DNA of 41,757 bases from Bacillota bacterium (GCA_050257115.1 JBLMWG010000004.1:1-41757), one strand, 5' to 3'; counted from the stretch's first letter, positions 28,739 to 37,319 are shown. Notes: a model not told the origin generated them from the letters alone. Program-made: numbers and translations.

Positions 28739-28892
28739 CCGTGACAGAGCTTCTTTCAGTTTTATTCCAAAAAGTAGCCCGACTTAGGTTCGACTTAGAC
28801 TTTGATAAGAGGTTAAATTTTGTTAAGATGAGGGTGCTTTTTCATTCAGAGTTTTTTTCAACTACTTCGTTTGAAAGTGCTACTAAGTCGAT

Positions 28893-28919
28893 TAAGAGTT
28901 CGTTTTTCTTTTCCGATCT
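28893..28919 (+). promoter_or_regulatory. Putative sigma28 (FliA)-type promoter of the CHASE kinase
   Basis: TAAG-N15-TCCGATCT versus consensus TAAA-N15-GCCGATAA. Confidence 0.35.
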
Positions 28920-28953
28920 TATTGAAAGCTAAAAAAATTTAAAAGGGCAAAGG

Positions 28954-31230
28954 ATGCCGATTTCGCACCATTTTAAAAACTTAGAATTTTTCAAAATCAA
29001 ACCCGTTTCCATTTTATTTTTTGGACTTCTCGCCAGCGTAATTGTAGGTACGATCCTTTTTTTTCATTTTAAACAAATTGCAGACGCACAAATCGAAGTC
29101 GAAACAAAAAAAATCAGCTCCGATTTTGATGATGCTTTTAAAGAGTTTGAGCATCCGCTCGAAGGAATAGTCTCAGCAATAACTTTAAATAATTTTGAAA
29201 TTGATTCGCAAAAATTTCACGAAGCAAGTGCAGCTAGAGATTTCTACAAAAATTTTCCGGGCGCACTGGGTTTCGGTTTTATTCGAAAAGTAAACAACAG
29301 TCAGATTGTTGATTATCTAGCCAAAATGAGAAAGACCCGGCCTGAATTTAAGTTAAAAAGGATCGGAGAGACCACTAATGCCGAGAATGAGGCTTTGTCA
29401 GCAAAATCAAATAGTCTTAACGACAGTCTTTTTGTGATTGAAGTCGTCGAACCGATTGATTTAAATAAGACGGCTATTGGCTTAGTTGTATCTGACGAAA
29501 AGCATAGAAAAGCTGGCGCCTTAAAGTCCGTACAAACAGGAAAGGCCACAGCCACTGAACCTATTCAACTTGTTCAAGTTGCAGGTAAAGAAGTTGGCTT
29601 TTTAGTCTTTAAACCCATCTTTAGATCGAATACTAAACTTACAACAATCGCTGATCGCGAAAAAGAAATTTTCGGTTGGGCTTACGCCCCCGTCCTATTG
29701 AAAAGCGTCATTGCAAAAGCTGAGCAAAGAAATATAAATGTCCATTTTAATAAGATTTTTTTAGTAAGTAATGAAAAATCGCCACAATTAATATACCAAT
29801 CTAACCAAGCACATTTTGAGTCTACAGGTATTTTGCAAACAAAGTATATCGACAGCATGGGACAGAAATGGCTTTTGGAAATTAATTGTCAAAATTCTCA
29901 TACATGGTCACCTCTTACAAAGTCTCTACCTATTTTCTTACTCATGGTTACATTGACTTTGCTTGCTTATATCGGCCTTTACTATTCCGAGTCCGAAAAA
30001 AAACTTTATGTCCAACATTTGGAAAAAACAGAACTTGATGTCTTCAATGCTACTCAGGAAATTTCAAATCAAAGACAATTCCTGCAAAAAATAATTGACA
30101 TGATACCTGCTATGATCGGCTATTGGGATAGGGACCTGACTAATAGAATCAGTAACCAAGCCTACCTTAAATTTTTTGGGAAAAAACCTGAAGAAATTTT
30201 TGGTCGATCGTTAATTGAGATTTTGGGTGAAAAGACTTACGAAAAAAATAAACCTTTTATTGATGGTGTTCTGAACGGGAACCCGCAAACTTTTGAACGT
30301 CAACTAACAACTACAGAAGGACAGAAAGATACGCTAGCGCAATATATTCCTGATTTCAACAGTCAGGGTGAAGTGATCGGCTTTTTCGTTTTAGTAACTG
30401 ATGTGTCAGAATTGAAAATTACTCAAAGAGAACTAGATCAGCAAAAAGCTCTTGCGGTTCAAAATGAAAAGCTACGGTCACTTGGCGCAATGGCCTCAGG
30501 GATGGCACACGAAATCAATAACCCTTTGGCAATTATTAGCGGGAATGTTCAGATTCTGGATAAGTTTCGTGATAATCCAGAGAAATTTAAAGCTAAATCC
30601 CAGCAAATTATGCAATCAATTGACCGAATCGCCAAAATTATTGATAGCCTAAGAAAGTTTTCACACAACTCAGAAAATGTCATCAAAGGAGTCCATTTTG
30701 CCGACAAACTTGTCGACTCAGTATTACTTCTGACCGGTGCAAAAGCAAAAAATAATGATGTGATGGTAACTTCAGAAGTTGCTGCAAATTTACCGATACT
30801 AGTGAATGAGATTGAGTGTGAGCAAATTCTTGTAAATTTGATTACCAACGCCATTGATGCGGTTAAAGATAATTCTGAAAAATGGGTTAAAATAATATCG
30901 CAAATCGAAAAGTCTTCAGTCGTCCTTCAGGTCATTGACTCTGGATTTGGAATTAGTCCAAAAGTTGAAAAAAGACTATTTGAACCTTTCTTTACGACTA
31001 AGCCTGTTGGCGAGGGAACAGGGTTAGGGTTGTCAATATCCAAAGGTCTCGCTGAAAGTAATGGCGGTAGTCTTATTCTAAATCAAAACTTAAGAAATAC
31101 TTGTTTTGAATTGCGAGTGCCTATTGCTAGCGAATCAGTAAAAGACAATGTTGACGATGATTCGGCCAATCAACCTGGAATTGAATCAAATAAATTCCCT
31201 CCGAATAAACGGAGCAAAAATGCCGTTTAA
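28954..31230 (+). CDS. Sensor histidine kinase with CHASE and PAS domains
   Basis: CHASE motifs FPGALGFGFIRKV, VVEPIDLNKTAIGL, ATEPIQLVQ, GWAYAPV; PAS PAMIGYWDRDL..SNQAY..FFG; H-box MAHEINNPL; N-box QILVNLITNAIDA; FFTTKPVGEGTGLGLSIS. Confidence 0.92.
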   Translation: MPISHHFKNLEFFKIKPVSILFFGLLASVIVGTILFFHFKQIADAQIEVETKKISSDFDDAFKEFEHPLEGIVSAITLNNFEIDSQKFHEASAARDFYKNFPGALGFGFIRKVNNSQIVDYLAKMRKTRPEFKLKRIGETTNAENEALSAKSNSLNDSLFVIEVVEPIDLNKTAIGLVVSDEKHRKAGALKSVQTGKATATEPIQLVQVAGKEVGFLVFKPIFRSNTKLTTIADREKEIFGWAYAPVLLKSVIAKAEQRNINVHFNKIFLVSNEKSPQLIYQSNQAHFESTGILQTKYIDSMGQKWLLEINCQNSHTWSPLTKSLPIFLLMVTLTLLAYIGLYYSESEKKLYVQHLEKTELDVFNATQEISNQRQFLQKIIDMIPAMIGYWDRDLTNRISNQAYLKFFGKKPEEIFGRSLIEILGEKTYEKNKPFIDGVLNGNPQTFERQLTTTEGQKDTLAQYIPDFNSQGEVIGFFVLVTDVSELKITQRELDQQKALAVQNEKLRSLGAMASGMAHEINNPLAIISGNVQILDKFRDNPEKFKAKSQQIMQSIDRIAKIIDSLRKFSHNSENVIKGVHFADKLVDSVLLLTGAKAKNNDVMVTSEVAANLPILVNEIECEQILVNLITNAIDAVKDNSEKWVKIISQIEKSSVVLQVIDSGFGISPKVEKRLFEPFFTTKPVGEGTGLGLSISKGLAESNGGSLILNQNLRNTCFELRVPIASESVKDNVDDDSANQPGIESNKFPPNKRSKNAV

Positions 31231-31573
31231 AATAATTTATCTTGATGATGAATCTGATTTGCTCGAAGTGTTTAGCGACGCTTTTAGTAGAGAAGACATC
31301 GAAATTAAAACTTTCGCAGACATAGAACCAGCGGTTAAAGAAATACTTGCGGATCCACCAGATTTACTTTTTATCGACTATCGTTTGAAGAATGGTCAAA
31401 CAGGCGATAAAATCTCGATGCGCTTGAATCCCCTATTGCCAAAGGCTCTAATAACGGGAGAGCTGTCGCTTGAAATTAGCGAGCCTATTTTTAAAAAAAT
31501 TTTCCGAAAGCCCTACATAATTGATGAAATCGAAAATTTTATTCAAGAGGTTAAAAAACAAAAGGCAGTTTAA
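31220..31573 (+). CDS. Single-domain response regulator
   Basis: IIYLDDE, LLFIDYRL, LITG, RKP; ATG 31220 after GGAG, overlapping the kinase stop. Confidence 0.85.
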   Translation: MPFKIIYLDDESDLLEVFSDAFSREDIEIKTFADIEPAVKEILADPPDLLFIDYRLKNGQTGDKISMRLNPLLPKALITGELSLEISEPIFKKIFRKPYIIDEIENFIQEVKKQKAV

Positions 31574-31595
31574 ATTTTCATCAGTGCTTTGTTCG

Positions 31596-32288
31596 TCATG
31601 CTGCCATTTTTTTGCGAATGATATAACCTTGGCCGTAGACCGTTTCGATTTTATGATCAAAATGGCTCAGTTTTTTGCGCAAGGTGGCCATATGAATATC
31701 CAGAATGCGATCATCAGTTTGGGAGTCCTTCCATAACTGGGAGATGATTTTTTGTCGGCTGACGACATGATCAGCCTCAGTCAGTAGTAGTTCGAGGATG
31801 TTGTATTCAAGCTGCGTCAGGTGCACACGAGTCTCGTTAACGGTAACGTCATTCGAAGCTGGATATAGGCTGACGTTTCCAAAGACAGTCGGTGTTTTTT
31901 GCTTAATCGTTTTATTTTCGAAACGTCTTAATTTTGAATCAATGCGGACTTTTAGTTCGTCAAGGCTAAAGGGCTTTGAAATAAAGTCATCAACACCGCT
32001 ATTAAATGCATTAATTCTATCATGTACCCCCATAAGGGCCGTGAGCATAATCACTGGGATATGGAGAGTGCTTTCGGCCTGGCGAAGAAGTCTTACAACA
32101 TCGAGGCCACTCATATCAGGCATTATATTATCAATCAGCACAAGGTCTGGCTTTTTACTAAACACAAGGGCAAGACCCTCGGGAGAGCTGCTGGCGGTAA
32201 TGATATTATATTCTTCACCCAAGAAATCCTTTAGAATTCCTAAAATGTTGGGCTCGTCGTCTATAGCAACTATCGTAGGCTTCGGCAT
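31596..32288 (-). CDS. OmpR/PhoB-family DNA-binding response regulator
   Basis: AIDDE, LIDNIMPDMSG, DDFISKPF; winged helix LTQLEYNILELL...RILDIHMATLRKKL..IETVYGQGY. Confidence 0.92.
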   Translation of the reverse strand: MPKPTIVAIDDEPNILGILKDFLGEEYNIITASSSPEGLALVFSKKPDLVLIDNIMPDMSGLDVVRLLRQAESTLHIPVIMLTALMGVHDRINAFNSGVDDFISKPFSLDELKVRIDSKLRRFENKTIKQKTPTVFGNVSLYPASNDVTVNETRVHLTQLEYNILELLLTEADHVVSRQKIISQLWKDSQTDDRILDIHMATLRKKLSHFDHKIETVYGQGYIIRKKMAA

Positions 32289-32499
32289 CTTTACATTATA
32301 TAGGGAATTTAAAATGCGTAAATATTATTCATGGTTATCGACTATCTATCTGGATTTGTGTCCCGAAATGATCCACGAAAATTGTTTCATTTAAATAAAA
32401 TTTAACATTTGCTTTAGTTTTCTCTAAGGAGGTCGAAAAGCTAGTACATAAGGATCTTTGTCTAGATAGGTTGAACGTTAAATCGCCTTGGAGAAATAA

Positions 32500-34125
32500 A
32501 TGAAAAAAATGAGCCTCAAAGCAAAACTGCTTACGATGTGTTCTTTCTTACTTTGTCTTAGTGTTTTAGTTGGTGCGACCTCGTTTATTTACTCTAATGA
32601 CACGGTTGATGATTTTGAAAAGATCGTTGATATTAGCGTACCCAAATTGCAGCTCACCTATAAGATGATGCTTTCTTACCGAAGGGTTCGCATCAACCTT
32701 AGGACATTAGGTCTTAAAGGTCTTCCTGAAAATGAATCAAAAAAAGCAGTGGATGAGACTTTGGCTGCAATAAAAGAATACGAGAACGAAGATGCACAAT
32801 TAGTAAAGATGGGATTTATTCCTGGGCAAAAGGAGACCTATGATAAAGTGAATGCCGCGTGGTTGTCCTTTAAGGCCGTGGGCGAAGAAGTTCTTCAAAA
32901 ACATAAATCAGGCTCGTCTGAAGATCTAGCCCGTATCCAAGAGATTTTCTTAAAAGATTGCCCTGAACATGCAAACACATACAAGGAAGCCGTCGAAGGA
33001 CTGATAAGTTTTAATGAAAAAGCGATGGCTGCACGGGCCGACTTGGCCCGTGGGGCAGCTAGGACAAGTAACCATGTCATTATAGGAATTATCCTGATAG
33101 GTGGTTTTTTGGGACTCGCTATCGGACTTTTCTTGGCAACAAGTATAACCAAAGTCGTCGCAAGTGTGTCCAAAGATTTGGCTTCTGGATCAGATCAGGT
33201 TAATCAAGCTGCAAATCAAATTTCTGAGTCATCGCAAAACTTGTCCCAGGCATCGACTCAGCAGGCATCTGCGCTAGAAGAGACCGTGGCAGCCATGGAG
33301 GAGATTACATCTATGGTTCAAAGAAACTCCGAAAATGGCCGGCAAGCGGCTTCTTTGGCCGCATCGACACGGGAAATTGCCTTAAAAGGGGAGCAGCAAA
33401 TTAAGCAATTGATTGAGTCGATCTATACGATTTCTGCTGACTCGAAAAAAATTGAAGAGATCACAAGTGTTATCGATGATATCGCATTTCAAACAAATTT
33501 ACTGGCATTAAATGCAGCCGTTGAGGCTGCGCGCGCGGGGGAGCAAGGAAAAGGGTTTGCTGTAGTTGCTGAAGCAGTCCGAACACTTGCACATCGTAGT
33601 TCGGCAGCCGCAAAAGACATTGACGATTTAATCAAAAGAAGTGTCGAGAGGATTGCTATCGGTTCGCAACAAGCAACACAAAGCGGTACAGTTTTAAATG
33701 AAATAGTAAGTTCTATCAAAAAAGTTGCAGACCTTAATGGCGAAATTTCTGCGGCCAGCGACGAACAAAGCGCGGGAATCAGTCAAATAGGAAAAGCACT
33801 GAACCAGCTTGACGAAGTAACTCAGCAAAATGCGGCTGGAGCTGAAGAAGCTGCCGCGGCGGCGGAAGAGCTTTCGGCTCAATCATCGGTTTTGAAAACA
33901 ACTGTAGGAGCGCTTGAACTTGTCATATATGGAGGTCCGAGCGTGGAGATGGGGGAATACCCTTCTCCCTCTTCCAACCCCCTGAAAGCCCGCTCTAATA
34001 GTAAAAATATCCTTAAATTTAGTAACCGTGCTGAAAGCCATAAAGAAAAAGGCCGGAAGTCGGTTATCCCTTTCGATGACGATCACGAGAACGTACGAAG
34101 TCTTGGTAAGGCAGAAAACTTTTAA
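32500..34125 (+). CDS. Methyl-accepting chemotaxis protein (four-helix-bundle sensor)
   Basis: Two TMs; IDDIAFQTNLLALNAAVEAARAGEQGKGFAVVAEAVRTLA signalling hairpin; GGAGA SD. Confidence 0.95.
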   Translation: MKKMSLKAKLLTMCSFLLCLSVLVGATSFIYSNDTVDDFEKIVDISVPKLQLTYKMMLSYRRVRINLRTLGLKGLPENESKKAVDETLAAIKEYENEDAQLVKMGFIPGQKETYDKVNAAWLSFKAVGEEVLQKHKSGSSEDLARIQEIFLKDCPEHANTYKEAVEGLISFNEKAMAARADLARGAARTSNHVIIGIILIGGFLGLAIGLFLATSITKVVASVSKDLASGSDQVNQAANQISESSQNLSQASTQQASALEETVAAMEEITSMVQRNSENGRQAASLAASTREIALKGEQQIKQLIESIYTISADSKKIEEITSVIDDIAFQTNLLALNAAVEAARAGEQGKGFAVVAEAVRTLAHRSSAAAKDIDDLIKRSVERIAIGSQQATQSGTVLNEIVSSIKKVADLNGEISAASDEQSAGISQIGKALNQLDEVTQQNAAGAEEAAAAAEELSAQSSVLKTTVGALELVIYGGPSVEMGEYPSPSSNPLKARSNSKNILKFSNRAESHKEKGRKSVIPFDDDHENVRSLGKAENF

Positions 34126-34301
34126 TATTAAGAGAAGTATATTATCGGGAAATGAATTGTGATTGATGAAGGAAGGTTCCGTCCTGCAGCAAGGCACACC
34201 TCTTGTGACTGGGGTCCACGAAATTCCAAGACGGAACTCAAGCGGCCCACGAAGCCGCCTCTGTTCTGAATAAAGCCACTTCGCTCTGCTATTTCCAACA
34301 C

Positions 34302-34949
34302 TCACGACTTCTTGCTTAAAATAATATGAGTCGCATCGGCGGTTTCAGCTTTTTCGATCACAGAAAATCCTAATTTGGGCATGTCAATATCCGTAAATAA
34401 ATTCTCTCCAGAGCCCAGAAGAACTGGGCTGTACACCAGATGCAATTCATCGATCAGCCCAGCTTGCAGGTACTCACGGATGACCTGCACACCACCACCA
34501 ATGCGAATATCTTTACCTTTGGCAGCCTCCTTGGCTTTTTTTAAAGCGGACTCGATTCCATCGGTGACAAAATAAAAAGTTGTTCCCCCGTCCATGATAA
34601 GAGGTTCCCGCTTGTGATGAGTAAGAACAAAGACTGGCACGTGATAGGGCGGATTTTCGCCCCACCAGCCACGCCATTCATCATTACGCCAAGGCCCACG
34701 TATGGGGCCAAACATGTTTCTCCCCATAATCCATGCGCCAATATTTTCAAAGGATCTTTCGGCAAAGGTGTTATCAACGTCTTCTACTCCATCACCACCG
34801 CCATGCATTTTCTGAAAAGCTTTTGTTTTGAAAAACCATTTGTGAAGTTCAGAACCTCTGACTCCAAGTGGATTCTCTAAACTTTGATTTGGACCAGCTC
34901 CGAAGCCATCAAGCGATACGGCAAACGCCGCGACCTTTACCTTACTCAT
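34302..34949 (-). CDS. Dihydrofolate reductase-like (RibD C-terminal domain) protein
   Basis: VSLDGFGAGPNQSLENPLG, GAWIMGRNMFGP, GWWGENPPYHVPVFVLTH, IGGGVQVIREYLQAGLIDELHL; start 34949 after GGAGG. Confidence 0.9.
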   Translation of the reverse strand: MSKVKVAAFAVSLDGFGAGPNQSLENPLGVRGSELHKWFFKTKAFQKMHGGGDGVEDVDNTFAERSFENIGAWIMGRNMFGPIRGPWRNDEWRGWWGENPPYHVPVFVLTHHKREPLIMDGGTTFYFVTDGIESALKKAKEAAKGKDIRIGGGVQVIREYLQAGLIDELHLVYSPVLLGSGENLFTDIDMPKLGFSVIEKAETADATHIILSKKS

Positions 34950-35002
34950 TGTACCTCCCAGTATAGACTTCAACACAGTTTGCAGTAGTTTGAAAGTATC
35001 TC

Positions 35003-35022
35003 ACTGACGCCGCAAGTTCCCC
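35003..35022 (+). repeat. Direct repeat B, copy 2
   Basis: ACTGACGCCGCAAGTTCCCC, embedded in a CACTGA...TCAGTG inverted repeat. Confidence 0.85.
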
Positions 35023-35111
35023 ATCAGTGCGTAATACGTTGGACCTAAACTAACGTCTGCCTTACAAAGTAGATTTTGCCCCAAGAATAATGTCCGCTGA
35101 TAATGGGGGAT

Positions 35112-35627
35112 ATGACAATAATTAGATTCATGGTGTACGTCTTGCCCCTCGTAGGGGTTCTAATTAATTCCCATCAAGCATCGGCAGCTGAATTTTTTGC
35201 GAAGGCTGCGGTGACTTATACGAGCCACTCGACCGGTGGCAATTCGACCTCGGCGACGTCGCGTATGATTTACGACATTGGCATGTACTATAAATTCCAG
35301 GGAGCTGGGGGTTGGTGTGCCGGCGGAATTTATCAAAATGAAGCGCAAGGTGGAGATCTCAGTGCGAATCGTACTTCTTATGGTGTTAGTGGTGGCTGGA
35401 TGACTCCAAGAGATTCGGGATTTTATTTATTGGCGTCTTATTTTGTTACCTCAACCTATGGGGACTTCAGTGGCGGTAATGGGTACCAGGCGGATATCGG
35501 TTATAAGTTCACTCCAAGAAAGTTTCCGTTAGCCATGCAGTTCAGCTACAAAAATTATAATTATTCTAAATACGATCACACTGACACATACATTGATCCT
35601 TATTTCGTCGTGATGGTGGATTTTTAA
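35112..35627 (+). CDS. Putative small outer-membrane beta-barrel protein
   Basis: Signal peptide ending ASA-AE; alternating Tyr/Gly-rich beta-strands (YDIGMYYKF, YQADIGYKF); C-terminal Phe. Start 35112 or 35103. Confidence 0.65.
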   Translation: MTIIRFMVYVLPLVGVLINSHQASAAEFFAKAAVTYTSHSTGGNSTSATSRMIYDIGMYYKFQGAGGWCAGGIYQNEAQGGDLSANRTSYGVSGGWMTPRDSGFYLLASYFVTSTYGDFSGGNGYQADIGYKFTPRKFPLAMQFSYKNYNYSKYDHTDTYIDPYFVVMVDF

Positions 35628-35649
35628 AGCTTCGGGCAAACTGATATGG

Positions 35650-36150
35650 CTATTCACCAAAGTAGTCATACAGCTCATCGTCGGTATGTGAACGATATTT
35701 AGAAACGCGATTTCGTTCATGTAGACGATATTCAATAAAGTTCCAGTAGACGATCTGATAGACGAAAAAAACAAAAATGCCTGCTGTGGCCAGCGTAATA
35801 TAATCAGGGTGTTTATCCCAATTGAACGCGGCTGATACAAGCATCAAAGGGTGTAAAATAAAGAGCACGGAATGAAGCCACATTTCTTCGGCGGTACAAA
35901 ACTTACGATGTACCCATTCGTCTTTAGTTATACAAATGGAAGAAACGACGACCAAACTGTAATAGATAATCTCATTAACAAGTGAGTGCGCAGCAAAACT
36001 GAGAAATAACAAGCAGATCAGAACTAAGGCTGTGTCAATCGGATGTCCAATGCGCTCCCATCGTGGCAGACCACGGCGGTGATGAAACATAAATTCGTCC
36101 ACGAGAGTAGCAATCCCTTGCAGGCTAACAAGTACAACAAATACATTCAT
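35650..36150 (-). CDS. Uncharacterised integral membrane protein with duplicated DE..H / E...H motifs
   Basis: DEFMFHH...ERIGH and DEWVH...EMWLH; ATG 36150 overlaps the PKS stop (ATGA). Confidence 0.75.
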   Translation of the reverse strand: MNVFVVLVSLQGIATLVDEFMFHHRRGLPRWERIGHPIDTALVLICLLFLSFAAHSLVNEIIYYSLVVVSSICITKDEWVHRKFCTAEEMWLHSVLFILHPLMLVSAAFNWDKHPDYITLATAGIFVFFVYQIVYWNFIEYRLHERNRVSKYRSHTDDELYDYFGE

Positions 36151-37256
36151 AGTTTCTCCATCAACCCAGCACAAATGGTCAGGCCGGGCCCAAACGCAAA
36201 ACTCACGATCGGAGTACCAGAGGGCACCGTTTTATCATTCACAATGTCTTGCCATAAATGTGGCAGAGTCGCTGAAGACATATTGCCGCGGTCTTTTAAA
36301 ATATTGCGACTGGCGGCTACTTGATCTTCACGCAGTTCAAGGCGATGCCTCACCTGATCTATAATTTTAGGTCCACCAGGGTGCACAGCGAAGATTGCTT
36401 CATTTTGAATATCAGCTAAATTAAGTCCACGCTGCTCAAACCAGCGCATGGTGAAATCTCTGATCTGATCTCCAACCATTGTCGGCACATCTTTAGATAG
36501 GGTCATCTTCATGCCCCAATCAGAAACCATCCACTCCATGGCATCTGCAGTTCCTGGGATCAGTTCTTCATAAAGAGAAAGAACTTTAAGTCCCTGATCG
36601 GGCTGTTCCTTACTGACTCGATAGGCAATACAGCCGTCAGCAAAAAGACTTTGAATAACCATTTGTTCTAACGTCGACTCTTCGGGGTTCATATGGAGAC
36701 TGCAAAGCTCTGTGTGAATCAAATCGATATTGCGCTTTTTCCCCAGGATGCTTTCGTTGGTTAAAAACCCCGAGGCCATGCGCAAAGCTGGAAAGGCGCC
36801 ATAGCAACCCATGTGATAAGAATGAGTGACCGTGACCGGATGGGGAGAGTGAACGGCTTCGATTTGTGCGGCGCTTGGAGAAATATAGCCCGTGCAGCTG
36901 ATATGAATCAGATCATCTGGGTAGTCGCGGTTTTTGTAAATGCTGTGAAAGAGTTCTTGTACAGTTTTATGATAGAATTCATGCCGCTGATGCATGCTCA
37001 CGCCGTGAGTTTGTTTCCTAACGGGATAGATTTTGTTAGTTTCAAAGTCGATACTGGCTATATCGGGGATGAAAAAAAAACGACGTTGAATTTGTTCCTC
37101 GGAACAACCCACTCGTTGAATCATTTTCATATATTCTTCTCGGGAGTAACTTTGATTCTTTTGTGCCAAGCTGTGGACCGTGGATAGCCAGTTCAGACAC
37201 TCATTCTGACTAAGTTCATACGGAGGCATAATGGAATGAAAGTTTCCGATGTACAT
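36147..37256 (-). CDS. Type III polyketide synthase (chalcone/stilbene synthase-like)
   Basis: Catalytic Cys HMGCYGA, His AVHPGGPKI, Asn GNMSSATL; also SCTG, ELCSLH, LFADG and FAFGPGLT. Confidence 0.93.
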   Translation of the reverse strand: MYIGNFHSIMPPYELSQNECLNWLSTVHSLAQKNQSYSREEYMKMIQRVGCSEEQIQRRFFFIPDIASIDFETNKIYPVRKQTHGVSMHQRHEFYHKTVQELFHSIYKNRDYPDDLIHISCTGYISPSAAQIEAVHSPHPVTVTHSYHMGCYGAFPALRMASGFLTNESILGKKRNIDLIHTELCSLHMNPEESTLEQMVIQSLFADGCIAYRVSKEQPDQGLKVLSLYEELIPGTADAMEWMVSDWGMKMTLSKDVPTMVGDQIRDFTMRWFEQRGLNLADIQNEAIFAVHPGGPKIIDQVRHRLELREDQVAASRNILKDRGNMSSATLPHLWQDIVNDKTVPSGTPIVSFAFGPGLTICAGLMEKL

Positions 37257-37319
37257 ACAGCTACTCTACAGGTGTATGTGTAGCTGATAAAGATCCAGTG
37301 TGAATTTACACCGAGCGCT

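Larger units (their letters stand above)
28694..35022. mobile_element. Islet 2: integrase-less insertion carrying a signal-transduction module
   Basis: Bounded by the 20-bp repeat B; begins with motif C; the kinase region looks AT-richer than flanking core genes (judged by eye). Confidence 0.6.

Noticed and set aside
28741-28932. 63-aa ORF upstream of the CHASE kinase
   Set aside because: It overlaps repeat boxes and the promoter region; no SD and no family signal.
31148-31219. Longer start for the single-domain receiver
   Set aside because: It lies within the kinase CDS; ATG 31220 has an SD and begins the receiver fold.
32413-32439. Sigma28-like promoter before the MCP (TTAG-N14-GTCGAAAA)
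   Set aside because: Spacing and sequence match are too poor to call, although biologically plausible.
26843-35022. Prophage, casposon or integron call for the islets
   Set aside because: No integrase, Cas1, polymerase or structural genes, no terminal inverted repeats, and no convincing attC (RYYYAAC...GTTRRRY) sites were seen.
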